A DNA stretch of 64,000 nucleotides from an uncultured Gammaproteobacteria bacterium. Lineage in GTDB: Bacteria > Patescibacteriota > Microgenomatia > Woykebacterales > RBG-16-39-9b. This document shows positions 59,470-64,000 of the stretch, one piece after another. The position numbers and the translations under genes were made by a program. A model generated the notes under the pieces. The model did no database searches and was not told where the DNA came from. It worked only from the letters and a program-made list of their open reading frames with translations. Numbering within the stretch: position 1 is the first letter of the stretch; the number at the start of each line of letters is the position of its first letter. The stretch is taken from the NCBI GenBank assembly GCA_964643435.1, contig CAZXPY010000001.1:74802-138801 (forward strand), written 5' to 3'.

Positions 59470-61086
59470 TTACCACAGTTTGTTTTTGTAAGTTATCGGA
59501 ACATCAACAATTGCTGCCTTTTCAGAATTCAAAGCTTTTTTCAAAGTTGGAGTCAAATTCTTAGCTGAATTTACTCTAAAACCCTTACCTCCATAAGCTT
59601 GAGCTAATTTAACAAAATCGGGATTTCGGAAATCAACACCAAAAGAACTACCAAAAGTTTTTTCCTGTTCATACTTTATTATTCCGTAAGAACCATCATT
59701 TAAAATAACCACTGTAATTGGTAAATCATAATTAACCGCAGTTATGAATTCTGAAGCCGCCATTTGAAAACCACCGTCTCCAACCAGCGCAATTACTCTT
59801 TTGTCTTTATTTAAGAGCTTAGCGGCAATTGCTCCCGGTAGAGAAAAACCCATCGCTGATTGACCGTTTGAGAAGTTAATAGTTTTAGGGTATAAGGCTT
59901 CAAAAAATAAACCCATATATTGCTTATGCTCACCAACATCAACAATAATTATATCTTGGTTATCTAATAAAACTCTAAGTTTTTTAATCAAGTTTAAAGG
60001 ATCTATTGGAAAATCTTCTTTACTAAACTTATAATTTTTTGGATCGAAACGATGAAACGGTAAGTATTTATACTTTTTTGGCGTGAGATTAGAACTATTT
60101 ATTTTTTTAAAGAAGTATTTATAATCGCAAACTATATCAATATCTGGTCGATAAAATTTCTGCCCTGTTCTGGTTGAAGTATCAATATTTATTATCTTTT
60201 TCCTTATACCTTCACTCCATATCTTCGGTTTTATTCCCTCTGCGTAATCGTAACCAATATTGATAAGGAGATCTGATTTTCTAATGCTTTCAGCGGTTTT
60301 TGGTAGGTGGCGGCTTAGCACACCAAGATATAGGGGATGGTTCGAGGGGATTGCACCTTTCCCTTGGAAAGTTGACAAAGCGTATATATTAAACTTCTCC
60401 ATAAATTTTATAAGTTCATTAGTGGCGTTTTGACGAATCACTGCCCCGCCAACTAAAATAATCGGAAATTGAGCCCTTTTTATTTCTTTAATTACCGATG
60501 AGATATTGGGAAAATTTTTCTTTTGCCGATTGATTTTAGAAGAAATTTTTATCCTTGAATTAAAAGGGTTATCTAAGATATCAACTGGAAGGACAATATG
60601 AACAGGTCCTGGTCTTTCTTCTTCCGCAATCTTAAAAGCTAACTGTAACTTCTGAGGTATTTCACTAACGTGTTCTATAGTCGTTTGAAATTTTGATTTA
60701 TGGGAAAATTCCTTTTTCATATCAATGAATTGGTGAGTATCAACGTGCCAGGCAGTTTTTGGTAGTTGGCTAGTTATGCAGACGAGAGGGGAACGATCAG
60801 AATGAGCATTTTTAATTGCTGTACCAATATTTGTGGCTCCGGGTCCTAGGGTTGTATAGCAAACCCCGGCTTTGCCGGTTAACCGCCCATAAACATCAGC
60901 CATAAAACCAGCAGATTGCTCATGAGTAGTTCTAATAAACCTAATTTTTGAGGATTTTTTTAGCTCTTTAAAAAAAAGAGCTTCGGCAGTCTTACCTTTG
61001 TTATCTTTAGTATCTCCAGGTATGCCAAAAATATATTTGACCCTAAGTCTCTCTAAAGTTTTTACTAGTAATACCGCTCCATCCAC
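59470..61086 (-). CDS. Thiamine-diphosphate-dependent enzyme, acetolactate-synthase-like
   Basis: FGIPG, HEQSAGFMA..YGRLTG, TLGPGATN, PGPVH, GDGGFQM...ND..YG.I. Confidence 0.9.
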   Translation of the reverse strand: MDGAVLLVKTLERLRVKYIFGIPGDTKDNKGKTAEALFFKELKKSSKIRFIRTTHEQSAGFMADVYGRLTGKAGVCYTTLGPGATNIGTAIKNAHSDRSPLVCITSQLPKTAWHVDTHQFIDMKKEFSHKSKFQTTIEHVSEIPQKLQLAFKIAEEERPGPVHIVLPVDILDNPFNSRIKISSKINRQKKNFPNISSVIKEIKRAQFPIILVGGAVIRQNATNELIKFMEKFNIYALSTFQGKGAIPSNHPLYLGVLSRHLPKTAESIRKSDLLINIGYDYAEGIKPKIWSEGIRKKIINIDTSTRTGQKFYRPDIDIVCDYKYFFKKINSSNLTPKKYKYLPFHRFDPKNYKFSKEDFPIDPLNLIKKLRVLLDNQDIIIVDVGEHKQYMGLFFEALYPKTINFSNGQSAMGFSLPGAIAAKLLNKDKRVIALVGDGGFQMAASEFITAVNYDLPITVVILNDGSYGIIKYEQEKTFGSSFGVDFRNPDFVKLAQAYGGKGFRVNSAKNLTPTLKKALNSEKAAIVDVPITYKNKLW

Positions 61087-61098
61087 AATTAAAGAAAA

Positions 61099-61127
61099 AT
61101 TATAGCAACGCTACGTTAAACTGTCTA
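61099..61127 (-). promoter_or_regulatory. Promoter TAGACA-N17-TATAAT with extended -10 (TGcTATAAT) for the ThDP-enzyme operon
   Basis: Minus strand: TAGACA at 61127-61122, TATAAT at 61104-61099, 12 nt before the GTG at 61086. Confidence 0.65.
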
Positions 61128-61189
61128 GGTTTATAAGCATAGCCTAGTAAGCTTATTGTTAATTTGTTAGTATAGGTAAGTATAAAAAT

Positions 61190-62362
61190 ATGAAAATTTT
61201 GATGATTAATGATAAATACGAAAGTGTTGGTGGTGCCGAAAATTATCTGATTGGGGTCTGCGAAGGCTTAGAAAATTTAGGACACGAGACTTTTGTGATT
61301 TATTCTGAAGGCGGAGCAGTCAGAGCTAAAAGAAAATCTTTTTTTGTTCCAAATTTAGAAATTAGCGAAACTCTAGAAATCATTGAAAGCGAGAAGCCAG
61401 ATATTATCAATTTGCAAAATGTTTTTAATAATGATCTTTACCGGTTGTTACCGAAACTCAAACCGACAGTTAGATACGTCCACGACCACCGAACTTATTC
61501 ACCGGGTTCGGCCAGTATGCATTTTGTTTCAAACCGAATTTGCGAAGCCCCGTTAAGCTGGTGGCACCAGCCAATCTTTGCTTACACAGAGCGTTGTATG
61601 AGCCGTAATCCTATAAAAATTGTTAGGCTAGTTTTAGAGAGATTAGAACTTTTAAAACTCCATAATAACCTACAAAAAATCTTGGTTAATTCAAATTATG
61701 TTAAGAATAGGTTGATTCAAAACGGAGTAAGTGGAGATTTAATTTTTGTATTGCCACCGTTTGTAAATATCCTTCAGGATAAAGTAGTCACAAAATCAGA
61801 AGAACCAATTATTTTGTATGTTGGGAGACTTTTTGTGGAAAAAGGAGTTGAATTTGCTTTCAGGGCTGTTGGGGAGATACCAAACGCTAAGCTTTGGGTG
61901 GTAGGGGATGGTTGGGATAGAAGGCGATTAGAAAAACTAACTTTAAAATTGGGTCTTTCAGAGAGAGTTAGATTTTTTGGGTGGGTTGAAAGAGAAAAAT
62001 TAGGAAAATTTTATAACGAGGCATCACTGACAGTTTTACCTTCAATCTGGCCAGAGCCTTTTGGTATGAGTGGAATTGAGTCTTTAAGCGCAGGTAAACC
62101 GGTTGTTGCCTTCAAGGTTGGGGGAATTCCTGAATGGTTAACTGATAATAAAGTTGGTTTTTTGGTCCCAAGAGCAAACGAAAAAGAGTTAGCAAAAGCA
62201 ATTAAAACCTTGTTAGATAATCCTTCTTTGCGGGATAGATTTGGGAGGTTAGGAAAGAAATTAGTAAAAGAAAAATTTAATAAAGAAGATCATCTCAAGA
62301 AGTTGTTTGGAATATACGAAGAAGCAGTTAAAAATTTTAAAAGCTCATTCGCCACGATTTGA
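61190..62362 (+). CDS. GT4 glycosyltransferase
   Basis: GGAENY, VHD, YVGRL..EKG, WPEPFGMSGIE. Confidence 0.92.
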   Translation: MKILMINDKYESVGGAENYLIGVCEGLENLGHETFVIYSEGGAVRAKRKSFFVPNLEISETLEIIESEKPDIINLQNVFNNDLYRLLPKLKPTVRYVHDHRTYSPGSASMHFVSNRICEAPLSWWHQPIFAYTERCMSRNPIKIVRLVLERLELLKLHNNLQKILVNSNYVKNRLIQNGVSGDLIFVLPPFVNILQDKVVTKSEEPIILYVGRLFVEKGVEFAFRAVGEIPNAKLWVVGDGWDRRRLEKLTLKLGLSERVRFFGWVEREKLGKFYNEASLTVLPSIWPEPFGMSGIESLSAGKPVVAFKVGGIPEWLTDNKVGFLVPRANEKELAKAIKTLLDNPSLRDRFGRLGKKLVKEKFNKEDHLKKLFGIYEEAVKNFKSSFATI

Positions 62363-63462
62363 TGGCCCCTTTTGGTGAGATGTCCATCCTCCGGAAAAAA
62401 TAAAGGAAACTCTTTACCTTCCTTAAAGGTTTTTAAGAAACTAATGAATTCAATATTCTCTTTTTTGGCAAAGTCCTCTAAATCTTCGATATGACGGAGG
62501 GGATAAATTTTGCCGATTCTAAAACCGTGAAATAGGCGACCAGTTGCCCACTCTTTATCAGAAACTTGGTGAGCACTCGGATGGGCTGTTAGTAGGAACG
62601 GAATATTCTCCTTTTTAAGCAACTCTTTTATCAGTAAAAGATGCTTCTCTGGCAAGATAAAAGCCTTTTCATAGTCTTCTGGTTTTTCCTCTCGGGTAAG
62701 CGCAAAAGTATCGTTTCTTATATCTCCTTTGGTATATCCGGGTACCGCTTTACCTAAAAGTCCTTTAATTTTAATTGCGGCAAACAAATAGAATTTTGAG
62801 TTATCGTGTAAGAACTGCTTTATAACTAGCGGTAAAAACGGAATAGTAACTTCTCCGCCGGTTTTGTTTTTCTGATCAAACTCCTTTCTTAAGTTTTTCT
62901 CGGGATCCACTGCAATTGGTTCTCCTTTTTCATTACTAGTTGTGTTCTTTTCATATTCAAGCTCGTTTTGAAAGTCAGTAATATCAAAATCCAAAATTAC
63001 CAAATCGGGTTTTAGTTTCAGTCCAAAGTTTTTTAAATATAAGTATTCTAAAACTGGAGAGTAACTAATAACCCCACCATTAATCACCTCGACGTTTTTA
63101 TATTTTTCGTTGAGTTTATTCTCTAACTTTTTAACAGAGGTCTCTTCTAAATCTACCCCTTGGCCTTCAACAAAAGAATCACCCAGTATTAAGATGCGGT
63201 AGAAGCCCTCGGGTTTAACTTTACTTATTTGCCTATCTCGTAAACCCAGTGAGTTAATTCTATAGTCAATATTCCACTCGGGAGTTACATACTTACAATT
63301 TGAATTTGGTTTTAATTTATGGTGAATTATTTTGTCGCTGCTTCTACATTCGGTTGGTAAAACGGATTTAAATTCTGTTAGGCGGGTGTAAATTTCGGCT
63401 AATAAAAAAGCAGCTAAGAATCCAAAAAATACTAAAAGCAAATTTTGAAAAGCCTTTTTCAC
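62290..63462 (-). CDS. Membrane-anchored SGNH/GDSL-family protein (glycan O-acyltransferase or esterase candidate)
   Basis: N-terminal TM segment; INSLGLRD, ILGDSF.EG, NGG..SY, DGHL...GH. Confidence 0.8.
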   Translation of the reverse strand: MKKAFQNLLLVFFGFLAAFLLAEIYTRLTEFKSVLPTECRSSDKIIHHKLKPNSNCKYVTPEWNIDYRINSLGLRDRQISKVKPEGFYRILILGDSFVEGQGVDLEETSVKKLENKLNEKYKNVEVINGGVISYSPVLEYLYLKNFGLKLKPDLVILDFDITDFQNELEYEKNTTSNEKGEPIAVDPEKNLRKEFDQKNKTGGEVTIPFLPLVIKQFLHDNSKFYLFAAIKIKGLLGKAVPGYTKGDIRNDTFALTREEKPEDYEKAFILPEKHLLLIKELLKKENIPFLLTAHPSAHQVSDKEWATGRLFHGFRIGKIYPLRHIEDLEDFAKKENIEFISFLKTFKEGKEFPLFFPEDGHLTKRGHQIVANELLKFLTASSYIPNNFLR

Positions 63463-63493
63463 AATATATACTATATAATGTATTTCTTAATAT

Positions 63494-64000
63494 ATGAATA
63501 TCGCTATTGATGCTCGTAGTTTGGGAACTGGGCGGGCAATTGATATTTATACCAGAAATATTGTTGATAATCTTCTATCTATCGATAAAGAAAATTCTTA
63601 CATCTTAGTTATTGACGATTTAGATAAGCTAAAAGAAATAAATAATAAAAATTACACCATAAAGCAAATTCCAAAAAAACGAGTTTTAAGAGACCATCTT
63701 CTTTTCAAGCAATTTCTCTCTGATCTAGAGGTTGATCTTGTTTTTCACCCGGATAACACTGAATTTTTATTTTGTTTACCCAAAAGTATAGTAACCGTAC
63801 ACGATATAATTCCGATTAAATTTCCTAAACTTGTTTTAAGCAAGAATGCCCTATTTTCGTTAAAACAAAAAGCTTACTTTTCCCTGCAGGGAAGAGCTTT
63901 AAAAGGGGCTTCTAAAATTATTACGGTTTCGAAGAATACGAAAATAGACTTAATTGAGGTTTTGAAAATACCTTCAGAAAAAGTCGAAGTGGTTTATGAG
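63494..64000 (+). CDS. GT4 glycosyltransferase, N-terminal part (runs off the window; not in the ORF track)
   Basis: ATG at 63494 opens MNIAIDARSL...YT.N...IVTVHDIIP...IITVS.NTK.DL...KVEVVYE, open to the end of the window. Confidence 0.85.
   Translation, partial: MNIAIDARSLGTGRAIDIYTRNIVDNLLSIDKENSYILVIDDLDKLKEINNKNYTIKQIPKKRVLRDHLLFKQFLSDLEVDLVFHPDNTEFLFCLPKSIVTVHDIIPIKFPKLVLSKNALFSLKQKAYFSLQGRALKGASKIITVSKNTKIDLIEVLKIPSEKVEVVYE

Noticed and set aside
523-59568. Numerous 60-137 aa ORFs in the track that overlap long genes (e.g. 523-744, 6276-6617, 31053-31466, 34873-35235, 58760-59038)
   Set aside because: They are antisense or out-of-frame shadows of well-supported genes and show no recognisable motifs.
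59470-61086. Calling the ThDP enzyme ilvB for branched-chain amino acid synthesis
   Set aside because: No small subunit or other ilv/leu genes are nearby and the context is glycan-related, so the symbol is withheld.
1-64000. CRISPR arrays, tRNA/rRNA genes, IS elements and phase-variable simple repeats
   Set aside because: I saw no spaced direct repeats, RNA-gene signatures or transposases. The A/T homopolymers of 7-9 nt are expected at this composition and none visibly breaks a frame.

Overview
AT-rich, gene-dense bacterial window with about 60 CDS, most overlapping or abutting. I found no rRNA, tRNA, CRISPR array or mobile element. Apart from secA, an aldo/keto reductase, a ZIP transporter and two small exported or membrane proteins, nearly the whole window is one large cell-surface glycosylation locus. 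The gene style resembles Patescibacteria/CPR (Microgenomates-like); this is inference only. Nucleotide-sugar pathways present: GDP-heptose (transaldolase::HddA fusion, gmhA, hddC), dTDP-L-Rha (rmlA/C/B/D), GDP-D-Rha (gmd/rmd), galE, glmS with yvcK/glmR, an acetyltransferase-only GlmU, ugd/uxs, wecB and a 3-oxidase/aminotransferase pair. Assembly genes present: two Wzx flippases plus a GtrA domain, 9 GT4s, 2 soluble GT2s, 7 polyprenol-phosphate-sugar-synthase-type GT2s and 7 GT-C-fold membrane proteins. The most notable points are: (1) a 7:7 set of lipid-linked donor synthases and GT-C transferases, including two GT-C/GT2/GT-C cassettes; (2) the transaldolase-heptokinase fusion upstream of a possible polyprenyl-P-heptose synthase; (3) a DegT-family enzyme with His in place of the catalytic Lys (ColD/E1-like dehydratase without the Fe-S cysteines); (4) a ThDP enzyme/ATP-grasp/HAD/GT2 operon; (5) a half-GlmU whose missing uridylyltransferase might be supplied by GlmR; and (6) repeated -10 boxes only a few nt before start codons. 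All assignments come from motifs read by eye; no searches were run.
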